Shown here piece by piece: positions 30,585 to 39,924 of a DNA stretch of 64,000 nucleotides. Both the position numbers and the translations under genes were made by a program. The notes beneath the pieces are model-generated. The model saw nothing but the letters and a program-made list of their open reading frames with translations, was not told where the DNA came from and ran no database searches. Each line of letters begins with the position of its first letter. Position 1 is the stretch's first letter. The DNA comes from an uncultured delta proteobacterium (GTDB lineage Bacteria > Desulfobacterota > Desulfomonilia > UBA1062). The stretch lies in contig CAWCTR010000020.1 in NCBI GenBank assembly GCA_963798485.1, positions 32,001 through 96,000 of the forward strand, written 5' to 3'.

Positions 30585-33440
30585 TCAATGATTCAGGGAT
30601 TCACTCGATAGCGACAAGCTTTTCATCAGCTCATGGGCAATGTTTGGGCTTTCGAGCCGCATAATGCTTTCTTCAGCACTCCCAAAGCTCAAAAGATTGA
30701 TACTCCCATACCAGATGATTCTTTGGTCCAATGCAGAAAATTTCTGGTGGATATTGGATTTGAACACCAATTGGACACCGGCTTTTTTCAACAAATCCAG
30801 GACTTCCTCCAGAGCTGTTCTGTTCTTGTCCTTAAAATCGGAGGCCGGTCTTGTCACAACTACCACCTTAACGCCTTTCTCCAGCGCAGCACCTAAGTGT
30901 TGCAGCATCTGAAGAGCACGTCTCTTCGTAACAAATGGGCTTACGATCAGGACCTCTCTTGAAGCATTCATCAAATCATTACTGTATACGGGAAGAAAAT
31001 TGCTTTTATCGAAAATGATGTTCACGGATTCATCGCCAAGGCTTTCCGCCTTCGCGGAATAGCCTATGGACGCATATCCGGCAAGTCTTTTACCATACAT
31101 TTTTTCCAGCATCCTTACATGGATATCGACGTAGTCGTAAATCCGGACCTCCTTTTTGTCTTCAAACAAACGATGCAGCCTGCCTGCGTATTGCTGCAAT
31201 GTCCCTTTCCATGATATGGGCATGGCTAGAAATAAAGTGTCCAGGCGAGGCTCGTCAAAACCTTCGCCTATGTATTTGCCGGTTGCAACCAGAGTTAAAT
31301 GCTTATCAGCAGGCACATTGGTTATCCTAGCAAGCACCTCTCTCGTTTCTTTAACTCCGCGCCCGCCCGTTAGAGTCATCACGTCCGGTATCTTTTCACT
31401 CAACATCTTTGCCAGCAATTCGACATGGGCGGTTCTTTCAGTCAAAACGAGTGAATATCTTCTTTCAGAAAAGTTTTTAATCACATCATCGATAATGAAT
31501 TGGTTCCTGAATTCATCTTTGGTTATCTCGGTATATAGTTCCTGGATCGAAAGGCCCTTTTCATCCTGTTCAAACGGTATCCTGAAGCCGGTGAATCTGG
31601 GAATTATGTAATGTGCGAAAGGTCTTTTTTCCGCCTGAGATCTGGCGTCAACCCTGTACCTGACCGGCCCGCAATGCATAAAGATAATAGGATGGTGTCC
31701 ATCCTGCCTTGTAGGGGTAGCCGTCAATCCATACACATATTTCGCCTGAACGGCTTTAAGTATCTGCTCAAAGCTGAATGCCGGGACGTGATGGCATTCG
31801 TCCACGATCACCATACCATAATTCCTGACAAGATCTTTTACTTCACCGCTGTTGTTCAGGGACTGCATAATCGCAATATCGATGATGCCACTCGGATTAT
31901 CCTTTCCTGCTCCTATCTGGCCGATCAGGCTTTGCTTTTTCTTTCGTCCCCGTCTTTTCTCCAATACCGGGAGTTTCTCTTTAATGTTCAAGAACTCGGA
32001 CATCCTTGATGTCCACTGAGAAAGCAGCTGTTGCCTGTGTACTAATATCAGAGTGTTTGTCTTTCGTTCTGCAATCAATTTGGCTGCTATAACTGTTTTT
32101 CCAAATGCTGTTGTTGCAGAGAGAACGCCATGATCATGCTTCATCATCTCATCCAACGAAAGCTTCTGTTCTTGTCGAAGTTCACCTTTGAATGAGACAT
32201 CAATGTATTTCCCGGAATTTGTATGATCAGATAAGACCACTTCAGCAGCCGCCTCAGCGAGTAGGCTTGTAACATCGGCTTCACATCCTCTCGGCAGGCA
32301 CAGGTATTCCGGTGTCTCATCTGAGCACGAAATGACCCTCGGTTTGTTATAGGTTGGCATTCGCATAGCCTGGGCTTTGTAAAAATCCGGATTCTTAAAG
32401 GCAGCAAGCCTTTTTAAAGCGTTCAATGCCTTCTGTGAAATACCTAATTTCTTGATGTAGAACATGTTCGCTCTTACGAGCTCGACCTTTTTGGGAAAAT
32501 CATCCTTTGACCATTTGATCCGACTCGGCTCCCATGGTTTCACCTCTTCTTCATCATCTTTCTTCAGAACCCCAAGCTCACTCCCATGGCAAAGCTTTGA
32601 TATCAGCATGCCAACATCTGATTCAGACAGTTTCCTTATTCTGTTCAAGAATCCCCATTGGTCTTCGTAGGGATGGAAGCCATCATCAATGAAAACGCTG
32701 TTCCCTTTCTCCCGTGCTTTCTTCTGCAGCGGGAGCGCAATGAGGTTGCCGAAGCCGCCCTTCGGCATTGTATCCTGGTTGGGGAAAAATCGGTCATAGG
32801 ATTTGAATGTGATTTCGTGACGTCTGCCCATCGAATAAGTCAACAGAGCCGTGCCGAACTTTCGTGCAACGCTCGCGGATATGGGGTCTGTGAAGAAAAA
32901 CCATGCATGGGCACCATTACCAGAACGAGAACGCTCAACGACCTCGGGGATATCGAATTCCTTACAGACATCCCTGAGCGTGGAAACATCTTTTTGCCAG
33001 CCGTCGTCGTCAAAGTCGATCACCAGAAAACTACACATTTCATCTTGTCGCAAAGGATAAATCCCCACAACAATGTTCCCCCTCAAATGACCCTCAATAA
33101 CTTTCTCGCTCAAGGCAACGTATGATTTATTCGGGCATTCTGAACATTTTACAGCAGGCTTCCTGCAGGTGCCTGATCTCCATTCATTCAAACACACCGG
33201 CGTATATCCGGATCTGCCTTCTCTATTTTCCCATCTCCTGGCATAAATATCGTCTCTCCCTTTGAACAGGGACATAAACAATCTGATTTTTTCTAAGGGA
33301 TTAGGGTCAACATGACTTTCTGCCTGCACCGGTTCAGTGATGCCCAACCTGACCTTCAATAACTCATTCTCTTTCTTCAGGGCTTCATTTTCGACGAGAA
33401 GAGCCTGATACTTCTCAAGCAATTCTCTATAACCCTTCAT
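30585..33440 (-). CDS. AEP primase-like (TOTE-type) + SF2 DEAD/DEAH helicase + PLD-like nuclease fusion
   Basis: Cys cluster, IDFDD, ERSRSGNGAH.W, DRFFPNQD..GNLIALP; ATTAFGKT, DECHH, TATP; C-terminal HQK..D..YGSIN. Confidence 0.88.
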   Translation of the reverse strand: MKGYRELLEKYQALLVENEALKKENELLKVRLGITEPVQAESHVDPNPLEKIRLFMSLFKGRDDIYARRWENREGRSGYTPVCLNEWRSGTCRKPAVKCSECPNKSYVALSEKVIEGHLRGNIVVGIYPLRQDEMCSFLVIDFDDDGWQKDVSTLRDVCKEFDIPEVVERSRSGNGAHAWFFFTDPISASVARKFGTALLTYSMGRRHEITFKSYDRFFPNQDTMPKGGFGNLIALPLQKKAREKGNSVFIDDGFHPYEDQWGFLNRIRKLSESDVGMLISKLCHGSELGVLKKDDEEEVKPWEPSRIKWSKDDFPKKVELVRANMFYIKKLGISQKALNALKRLAAFKNPDFYKAQAMRMPTYNKPRVISCSDETPEYLCLPRGCEADVTSLLAEAAAEVVLSDHTNSGKYIDVSFKGELRQEQKLSLDEMMKHDHGVLSATTAFGKTVIAAKLIAERKTNTLILVHRQQLLSQWTSRMSEFLNIKEKLPVLEKRRGRKKKQSLIGQIGAGKDNPSGIIDIAIMQSLNNSGEVKDLVRNYGMVIVDECHHVPAFSFEQILKAVQAKYVYGLTATPTRQDGHHPIIFMHCGPVRYRVDARSQAEKRPFAHYIIPRFTGFRIPFEQDEKGLSIQELYTEITKDEFRNQFIIDDVIKNFSERRYSLVLTERTAHVELLAKMLSEKIPDVMTLTGGRGVKETREVLARITNVPADKHLTLVATGKYIGEGFDEPRLDTLFLAMPISWKGTLQQYAGRLHRLFEDKKEVRIYDYVDIHVRMLEKMYGKRLAGYASIGYSAKAESLGDESVNIIFDKSNFLPVYSNDLMNASREVLIVSPFVTKRRALQMLQHLGAALEKGVKVVVVTRPASDFKDKNRTALEEVLDLLKKAGVQLVFKSNIHQKFSALDQRIIWYGSINLLSFGSAEESIMRLESPNIAHELMKSLSLSSESLNH

Positions 33441-33444
33441 ATAT

Positions 33445-33921
33445 TCATCGCTCCTGTAACCACTTCTTTCTTTCCGTCTTTAGTTCTTGTGTCATGGATT
33501 TGATCATATTCGGACCAATCAATACTTTCCTGTCAGCTATGAGCCCATCGCAAACAAGAAAGCCTTCATATGGTAATATCGCTGTGTCAATGACAATCCA
33601 ATCCGGAATTAGCTCTTCCAATGGAGTTGTCAGAGCCTTGACACATAACCAAGTGTTATCCAAACGCCTGAATGCATAGCCTTGCTTATACTTCTTAGCA
33701 TAGATGAACATACCGTAGATTGAGCTTCTTACAGCAAGAACAAAAGACTCGTTGTATGAAGAATCGAATGCATAACACTTGTTGAACTCTTTCTTATAGA
33801 GCTTGTTGCGAGCCTCAATATAGTCGTTGATGTCCTCCATTGGTTTGGCTGCAATAGTGACAAGAAGGCGTTTGTATTGCATAAGAAAAGTACTGGCGTG
33901 TGAAGGATCAATTAGAGCCAT
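33445..33921 (-). CDS. Hypothetical protein in the AbiE-helicase operon
   Basis: 158-aa ORF co-oriented and tightly spaced between abiEii and the helicase. Confidence 0.75.
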   Translation of the reverse strand: MALIDPSHASTFLMQYKRLLVTIAAKPMEDINDYIEARNKLYKKEFNKCYAFDSSYNESFVLAVRSSIYGMFIYAKKYKQGYAFRRLDNTWLCVKALTTPLEELIPDWIVIDTAILPYEGFLVCDGLIADRKVLIGPNMIKSMTQELKTERKKWLQER

Positions 33922-33965
33922 ATTTCATACCGCTTACAGTTTTTCTTCCTTCTGTTTATTCATTA

Positions 33966-34880
33966 TTATGTCCATGGTCCCCCAGCTTCCCAGAACTGTT
34001 TGAATGGCTTGTTCTGAGATGCAGCACTAAGCGGCGGAATAAGAAACTCTTGGAGTCTCTTAACAACTTCAGACAGGACAATTGTTTGTTTCCATCCGAT
34101 TCGAGAGAGGAAAACATTCCATTGTTTGTTTCTATCTTCATCTCGTGCAAATTCCTCGCTGAGGCCGATAGGAAATTGTTGGGGAATTGACGTCTTCCTT
34201 CTTTCAAAGGTAGCTTTCATTGCCTGCACAAGACTTGCGCCTTTGAAAGAGAAACTCCGGGATAATACCCACATATCGAAATAATCTTTCATCCGAGAAT
34301 TTTGCATACCCAAGGATACTATCGTCTGAGTTTTTTCTGAGATGACGCTTTCCATTGGATATGCCCTGATCCTTGGTGCAGGGAGGTTGAGAATGGTTGG
34401 ATAGTCTACTTCTTCCGGTGGTGGTGCTACTGCATCACCAAACCCTACATCAACCTGTATTCTTATCCGCGCACCTGCCAAGTATGCAAAGAAGAGCATT
34501 CTTTTACCGGTATACTCCTGATCTTCTCTGATATCCGTCACACTGAAACTATCCTGGTCAAAGGTCAATCCATCCGGTTCGACTTCTGTTGTGCAGATTT
34601 CCTGAAAAAGATTGATTATCTGTTTATCAGAGAGATCTCCATAACCGAGAAGATCAAGGTCGCGAGTAGGTCGGTGAACACCACCACCCCAGATTTCAAG
34701 CAGAAGAGCACCTTTGAGAATAAATCTATCGACGAAGGGTGAAACCCCAATACGGTATAGAAGGCGCTCAAGCGCATAGCGAGTAAGCACCAGGTCAAAA
34801 GGATCACCAGCCTTCCTTGAGACATTCAAAAGCCTCTCCCTAACCGATGCGGCAATATTAGTAGGAGATATCTTGCTCAT
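33966..34880 (-). CDS. Type IV TA toxin AbiEii-family nucleotidyltransferase
   Basis: ERLLYR, FILKGALLL, RPTRDLDL, EK, NSRMKDYFD. Confidence 0.93.
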   Translation of the reverse strand: MSKISPTNIAASVRERLLNVSRKAGDPFDLVLTRYALERLLYRIGVSPFVDRFILKGALLLEIWGGGVHRPTRDLDLLGYGDLSDKQIINLFQEICTTEVEPDGLTFDQDSFSVTDIREDQEYTGKRMLFFAYLAGARIRIQVDVGFGDAVAPPPEEVDYPTILNLPAPRIRAYPMESVISEKTQTIVSLGMQNSRMKDYFDMWVLSRSFSFKGASLVQAMKATFERRKTSIPQQFPIGLSEEFARDEDRNKQWNVFLSRIGWKQTIVLSEVVKRLQEFLIPPLSAASQNKPFKQFWEAGGPWT

Positions 34881-35485
34881 AGGAGGGCCTGAATGTAAGG
34901 CTTCATTACCTTTTCTACCCTACAGATCCGGCTGTACTTCCAGATCTCATCCATCGTGCATTTACGTTGAGACCAGCAATCTTTCAGTGCCTCGAGGGCA
35001 ACATCGGTACCGATCTTGTTTCGATATTTAAAACAGTCTGCAACCGTTTTAGGCGCATCATAAACCTTTACCTGAACACCATCTATAACATGCTCCTCAA
35101 TCCCCTCAGTAAGAGCCTGGGCAGAGAAGCGGACAAATCTGATGGATGGATAATCCACTTTGGGGAGCCTGGATTTACGATCAATGACCATCCACACCTC
35201 AAATGGAGCCTGTGATGTCAGACCATGGAAACTCAGAGCTGACAGTAGGCATAGAATTCCGTTAGGGACACGCTTAGCAGCTTCAGCGAATGTATGATGC
35301 TCGGTAACATGGATACCAGGGAGGGTATAAAGCCCTCTTCCTATCTTTATTATCAATCCTCTCTGATAAAGGCGCTGAAGGTACGTTCTTGGTATGGATC
35401 GAACATCCAGATCGCGGGGACGGAGCACGCCTTTTCGTTTGATGAGTTTCAGGACTTCTTCCGACTGGCTCTTTTTCATTCCCAT
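34877..35485 (-). CDS. Type IV TA antitoxin AbiEi family
   Basis: N-terminal wHTH with IGRGLY, CLLSALSFHGLT, KTVADCFKYRNKIG. Confidence 0.93.
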   Translation of the reverse strand: MGMKKSQSEEVLKLIKRKGVLRPRDLDVRSIPRTYLQRLYQRGLIIKIGRGLYTLPGIHVTEHHTFAEAAKRVPNGILCLLSALSFHGLTSQAPFEVWMVIDRKSRLPKVDYPSIRFVRFSAQALTEGIEEHVIDGVQVKVYDAPKTVADCFKYRNKIGTDVALEALKDCWSQRKCTMDEIWKYSRICRVEKVMKPYIQALL

Positions 35486-35489
35486 ATAT

Positions 35490-35537
35490 TGTTACATTAT
35501 GTTGGCACTTGTCAATATATGCCTACACTATGTAACA
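35490..35537. promoter_or_regulatory. Inverted repeat upstream of abiEi (putative auto-repression operator)
   Basis: TGTTACATTATGTTGGCA-N12-TGCCTACACTATGTAACA, about 15/18 arm match. Confidence 0.65.
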
Positions 35538-35696
35538 TTAATTGGCTTAACCAAGCTTATTAAATGAAGGTTTATCTACAAAGAGTCTTCGGTTATCGAT
35601 TGAAGTAATGGATGGGATTAAGAAGCCGTTTAGCACAATTTTATAATAATCCGAAGTGCCTTTTGGTAACTGCTGACTCGTAACTTATGGAATTCA

Positions 35697-35751
35697 TGGT
35701 GCCTGAGGGGGGACTCGAACCCCACACTCGCAAGGAGCTTCGGATTTTGAG
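35697..35751 (-). repeat. tRNA-Leu(CAA) 3'-half fragment (att site)
   Basis: Minus strand CTCAAAA-TCCG, long variable arm, GGGGTTCGAGTCCCC, CTCAGGCACCA; 5' half absent. Confidence 0.85.
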
Positions 35752-35974
35752 ACCAAAAAATAAATATTTGCGAGACTGATCACCAATTAAGGCCAACAAA
35801 AAACATATTTCAGCCGATACTAGTCGGACTCCTTAGTGAAACAGACATGTTAATGAAAGGTTATTATAGTTACAAAGGGAAGGTAAATTAACATTAAATT
35901 AGTTAGTTGCAGCAGGTAGCGGGGATTTATTTAACTCATTCCTATATAACTAATTGATATTATTATAGTTATGA

Positions 35975-36051
35975 TGGTCGGGAAGCGGGGATTTGAACCC
36001 CGGACCCCAGCGTCCCGAACGCTGTGCTCTACCAGGCTGAGCCACTTCCCG
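35975..36051 (-). tRNA. tRNA-Pro(CGG)
   Basis: 77-nt cloverleaf CGGGAAG..CTTCCCG-ACCA; anticodon arm CAGCG-TTCGGGA-CGCTG. Confidence 0.97.
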
Positions 36052-36107
36052 AAACCAAGGTCTATCTATAGAAAAGAATCACTTTCTAAGTCAAGCACGT
36101 TTGCTCT

Positions 36108-36878
36108 TTATCGTTTTTTGTTTTCAAAGGTGATAAAATCCTCGCGCATCACACGATGATCCATCTGGCTCTTTACATCCAGGGGATACTCTCCATAGTT
36201 GAATGCCCATAGATCCTTGCCTAGCCTCTGCAACGGTATGGCAAACTCCAGCTTGAAGAAGAGCTCACTCCTGTCTCGGCCGGCCTGCAGTGTATCATTC
36301 CTACCGCCGGCACTGATAAACAGGGACTTTATAGGCTGTAACTGGATCATCATGGACATCCCGGTCATGTCCTCCCTGTCCTTGCCTGCAAAATAATAAA
36401 ACCCAGGCCATACAGAGACAAAGGGGGCATTCGGGACAGGAATACCGAAGGTAAGGTCAATCCCCTGCAGTGCCTCTTCGCCATTATTTTCATTCGAAAC
36501 AGGCAGGTAGAGGTTCATGTGTCCGGAAAAGTTTGCATGGTACACCTCAAGGCCGGTACCGAATCTCTTAAGGTAATCGTTCGAGGTATAATCATAGAAA
36601 AGGTTCCAACCCCCGACCACCAATCCGCTCAACATCGGCTGCCTTCCTCCAACCCCGAGATCAAGGCCGGGTTTTCCACCATTTAATGTAAGCATGGGCT
36701 GTGAGAACAAGGACATGGAATCGAGCTGCGCGAGCCACACAAAGGCATCAGCGTAATAACAGGGGTTCGACTCGTTGGATACCTTCAAGCCCCCCCCGGT
36801 CCAAATAAGATCAGGCGCGCCCGCATAAAGCATGGACCCGGCCAGGCAGAATATGATAGCAAAAATCAATTTCTTCAT
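36108..36878 (-). CDS. Inverse autotransporter (intimin/invasin-like) beta-barrel protein without passenger
   Basis: Signal peptide; DLGVGGR, GWNLFYDY, RFGTGLE, NLYLP, GIDL, RVMREDFI pattern. Confidence 0.7.
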   Translation of the reverse strand: MKKLIFAIIFCLAGSMLYAGAPDLIWTGGGLKVSNESNPCYYADAFVWLAQLDSMSLFSQPMLTLNGGKPGLDLGVGGRQPMLSGLVVGGWNLFYDYTSNDYLKRFGTGLEVYHANFSGHMNLYLPVSNENNGEEALQGIDLTFGIPVPNAPFVSVWPGFYYFAGKDREDMTGMSMMIQLQPIKSLFISAGGRNDTLQAGRDRSELFFKLEFAIPLQRLGKDLWAFNYGEYPLDVKSQMDHRVMREDFITFENKKR

Positions 36879-36935
36879 CTCAACACCCCCTCATTCAATT
36901 CTTGATCGCTCAAAAAGCTTCATACACATTATACA

Positions 36936-37952
36936 TCAACTATCCCACATTGGTATGATACCGGCACAAATATCCTCCGGTTTCAAAATGGTCAAGGTCT
37001 CACTGTGGAGCATGCCCATATAATTGATCTGACTCGTATCGAATGGCGGTATACTTACCCTCGGGCATATCCTGATATGAGGCGTGAACAGGTTATTGTC
37101 CTTGAGAAAGTATATGGACATGTTCAGGCTGCTCATGTTGAGAGAATCGATATACCTCATGACATTCAAGATACCGCTCACCAGATCTTGCAGGAGCTCT
37201 CCATGGATTTCTTCCGGTGATCTTAAGCCGCCTAGAACCCCGATAATATCAAAGACCCCCATGGGCGCAAAGGCCACAATCCATGAGATATCTTTTGTAA
37301 AGGCAATCATCCGCTCCCCCCTCTTCCTTTCCTCCTCAACGAAATCGGGCCAATAATTGCGCCCATGCATTTCCTGATACTGGGAAAGGCCGTAAACCGC
37401 GGAGGTATAATAGTTGGTGGGCGAACTCGTTGCAGCAATCTGGAGGTGTGGATGTATGATGGAGCCGCCGGCCAAAGGCATATAATTCCAGTTCACTGAC
37501 TGGTAGATCATATCGGGCTGCCTGACGTTTACATCTAAGAGATACTGGAAACAGCACTCGAACGCATCTGTCATGATCTTGGATGTAAATCCATTCAACC
37601 CCATATAATGTTCCCTGGTCATTATGGTGACCGCACCGTTCTCGTCATAAGGGAAGGCGTTGGGAACGCATAATGCATTTCCACGTGAATACCTTTCCCT
37701 GCTTGCCAGGTCGGGGTGGAATTTTGGTGTTACCTGCTCCTTAACCTCCGGGCAGAACGGGCAAAACTGCCTGGATCTCGCAATAAGGACTGAGAGGTCA
37801 GACTTTTTGATTTCCCTGATGGGAAAATCCAGGATGCGGCTTGAATGGCCGGTAAGCGGATCGTACCTTACTTCGAAATGTCGTTCGACCTCCGCATATC
37901 CCTGAGTGGGGTCTAAAAAACGTGATGTTTTTAATACCTTAACAAATTCCAT
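36936..37952 (-). CDS. GalT-like nucleotidyltransferase (HIT superfamily)
   Basis: EVRYDPLTG, CPFCP, PNAFPY, AGGSIIHPHLQ (HxHxQ). Confidence 0.85.
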   Translation of the reverse strand: MEFVKVLKTSRFLDPTQGYAEVERHFEVRYDPLTGHSSRILDFPIREIKKSDLSVLIARSRQFCPFCPEVKEQVTPKFHPDLASRERYSRGNALCVPNAFPYDENGAVTIMTREHYMGLNGFTSKIMTDAFECCFQYLLDVNVRQPDMIYQSVNWNYMPLAGGSIIHPHLQIAATSSPTNYYTSAVYGLSQYQEMHGRNYWPDFVEEERKRGERMIAFTKDISWIVAFAPMGVFDIIGVLGGLRSPEEIHGELLQDLVSGILNVMRYIDSLNMSSLNMSIYFLKDNNLFTPHIRICPRVSIPPFDTSQINYMGMLHSETLTILKPEDICAGIIPMWDS

Positions 37953-38081
37953 TAGATATACCTTTACACTATGGCAGGCTGAGGGTCAAGGGCATTAGCC
38001 CAGTGAACTTTAGGTGTTTCCTCAGCTAAAAGGTTATGTTTCCTTGATCAATACGCCTTGTCCCGGTATAATTTCGTCCAG

Positions 38082-38726
38082 ATGAAAGATACCCTGATTG
38101 CAAGAAAGAATATGGTTGACGAACAGCTTGTAAGACGCGGTGTAAAGAATCAAAGGGTGCTGAATGCCTTTCTGGAGGTACCGCGGCATAAGTTCGTGGA
38201 GGAATATCTCAAATACAAGGCATATGATGACTATCCGCTGTCCATCGGCTACGGCCAGACCATATCCCAGCCCTACATGGTTGCACTCATGACCGAGGCT
38301 ATCAATCCTCAACCTGCAGAAAGGATCCTTGAGATCGGCACTGGGTCAGGGTACCAGGCTGCAATTCTCTCTCGCCTCTGCTCTGCGGTTTATACCATCG
38401 AGCGCATAAGCGCACTGGCGTCCCGTGCCAGAAAGGCCTTGGATGATCTGGGTTACTTCAATGTCCATATCCGTCTTGGCGACGGCACCATGGGACTGCC
38501 CCAGGATGCACCCTATGACGGGATCATTGTCACAGCAGGTGCCCCACGAGTACCTGAGTCCCTGATAGGACAGCTCAGAGAAGATGGCAGGCTCATCATT
38601 CCGGTTGGCGATGAGGGCATCCAGGACTTGAGACGCATCATCAGGACCAAGGATGGCGTTATGGAGGAATCGCTTGGCGGCTGCAGGTTTGTAAGGTTGA
38701 TCGGGAAGAACGGATGGCAGGGATGA
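38082..38726 (+). CDS. pcm: Protein-L-isoaspartate O-methyltransferase
   Basis: VPRHKFV, GQTISQPYMVA, LEIGTGSGYQAA, APYDGIIVTA. Confidence 0.96.
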   Translation: MKDTLIARKNMVDEQLVRRGVKNQRVLNAFLEVPRHKFVEEYLKYKAYDDYPLSIGYGQTISQPYMVALMTEAINPQPAERILEIGTGSGYQAAILSRLCSAVYTIERISALASRARKALDDLGYFNVHIRLGDGTMGLPQDAPYDGIIVTAGAPRVPESLIGQLREDGRLIIPVGDEGIQDLRRIIRTKDGVMEESLGGCRFVRLIGKNGWQG

Positions 38727-38757
38727 AAAGACGGTATCCAGAACTCCTGAATATCGC

Positions 38758-39369
38758 TTAACCCCTCCCATCCCATCTGCTGAAATTATCAAGGATCTTG
38801 AGCCCAGGACTTCCGCTTTTTTCCGGGTGGAACTGCGTGGCAAAGACATTCCCTTGTGAAACAGCAGAAGCAAACGTGATCCCGTAGGACGTCCGGGCAA
38901 CCACGTCCTGCATGTTGTCAGGATCCGGATAATAGGAATGCACAAAGTAAAACCATGCGTCACTGTCTATTCCATAAAAGAGGGGATGGTCTCTGGTCTT
39001 GACGATGGTGTTCCATCCCATGTGTGGTATCTTCTCACCCATATCAGGGAATTTTCTGACTGTGCCTGATATGATGCCGAGGCAGAATGCAGAGTCCTCC
39101 TCACTGGAATCAAAGATAATCTGGGTTCCGAGGCAAATGCCCAGGAAAGGAGTGCCGCGCGCAATCACCTCATTTATAACTTTGTCGATCTTGAGTTCGC
39201 GTATTGTCTCCATGGCCTTGCCGGCCGCCCCAACCCCTGGGAAGATTACCCTCTCGGCATTCATGATCTCACTGGGGCCGGCAGTGATGGCACAGGAAAT
39301 TCCCAAGTGGTTGAGCGCCCTTTCAACGGATCTCAGGTTACCGGCTTTATAGTCTATAATGGCGATCAT
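38758..39369 (-). CDS. hisH: Imidazole glycerol phosphate synthase glutaminase subunit
   Basis: GNLRSV, FPGVG, LGICLG, PHMGWN, YFVHSY, QFHPEKS. Confidence 0.96.
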   Translation of the reverse strand: MIAIIDYKAGNLRSVERALNHLGISCAITAGPSEIMNAERVIFPGVGAAGKAMETIRELKIDKVINEVIARGTPFLGICLGTQIIFDSSEEDSAFCLGIISGTVRKFPDMGEKIPHMGWNTIVKTRDHPLFYGIDSDAWFYFVHSYYPDPDNMQDVVARTSYGITFASAVSQGNVFATQFHPEKSGSPGLKILDNFSRWDGRG

Positions 39370-39379
39370 GAAAGGTTCA

Positions 39380-39862
39380 TTATAATGCTATCCAGGCCCC
39401 GATATAAGCTATCACGAGCCCTACAAGCAGTGCAATAGAGCCGACCTTCGTCCTGGTTTCTGCGTCCGTGAGCAGACCCAGATAGCCTGTGAATTTTTCC
39501 TGCTTTTCCTGCGAGGAATTCAGCATGGGTGCAATCATGCGGATGGTGTCGAGGATCTTTGCAAAGGTGGTTTCTTTCACCAGCAACACAATGCAGCTTG
39601 CAATTATTACTATGTACCCGTTCAACATCATAAAGGTGCCCAGGATAAACCCGGAAACCCCTATCCTATGCTGGAGATCATGCGTGGGCATCTCAAGATG
39701 AATGGGCGCAACTACCTCTTCGTGATGACCCTCACCACACCCGAATATCATCATGGAACCGACCAACAAGACCATGAGAAGACCGGTTTTAATCATCTTC
39801 ACAAAAAGGCCTCCGAATTCAATTTGATACGCACTATACCTGTAGCTTTTATTTTGTGTCAA
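39380..39862 (-). CDS. Hypothetical membrane protein (possible lipoprotein signal)
   Basis: Hydrophobic segments, MIFG-C then a His/Glu stretch; start uncertain. Confidence 0.55.
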   Translation of the reverse strand: MTQNKSYRYSAYQIEFGGLFVKMIKTGLLMVLLVGSMMIFGCGEGHHEEVVAPIHLEMPTHDLQHRIGVSGFILGTFMMLNGYIVIIASCIVLLVKETTFAKILDTIRMIAPMLNSSQEKQEKFTGYLGLLTDAETRTKVGSIALLVGLVIAYIGAWIAL

Positions 39863-39924
39863 CTCTCTTTAAAGTCAAAGAGCCCTTTATACCGAACAAG
39901 TAATAAGACCATACCTACAGGAGG

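Larger units (their letters stand above)
27051..35974. mobile_element. Genomic island: tandem array of att-bounded cargo units at the tRNA-Pro(CGG) 3' end
   Basis: Copies of the tRNA 3' end at 27051, 27786 and 29331; TA/defence cargo; IS remnant; visibly more AT-rich than flanks; no integrase ORF. Confidence 0.85.

Noticed and set aside
35697-35751. Functional tRNA-Leu gene
   Set aside because: The D arm, 5' acceptor strand and 5' anticodon stem are missing; treated as an att fragment.
35971-36159. 62-aa ORF MMVGKRGFEPRTP
   Set aside because: Antisense translation of tRNA-Pro(CGG). The ORF at 29349-29558 is likewise just the att arm.
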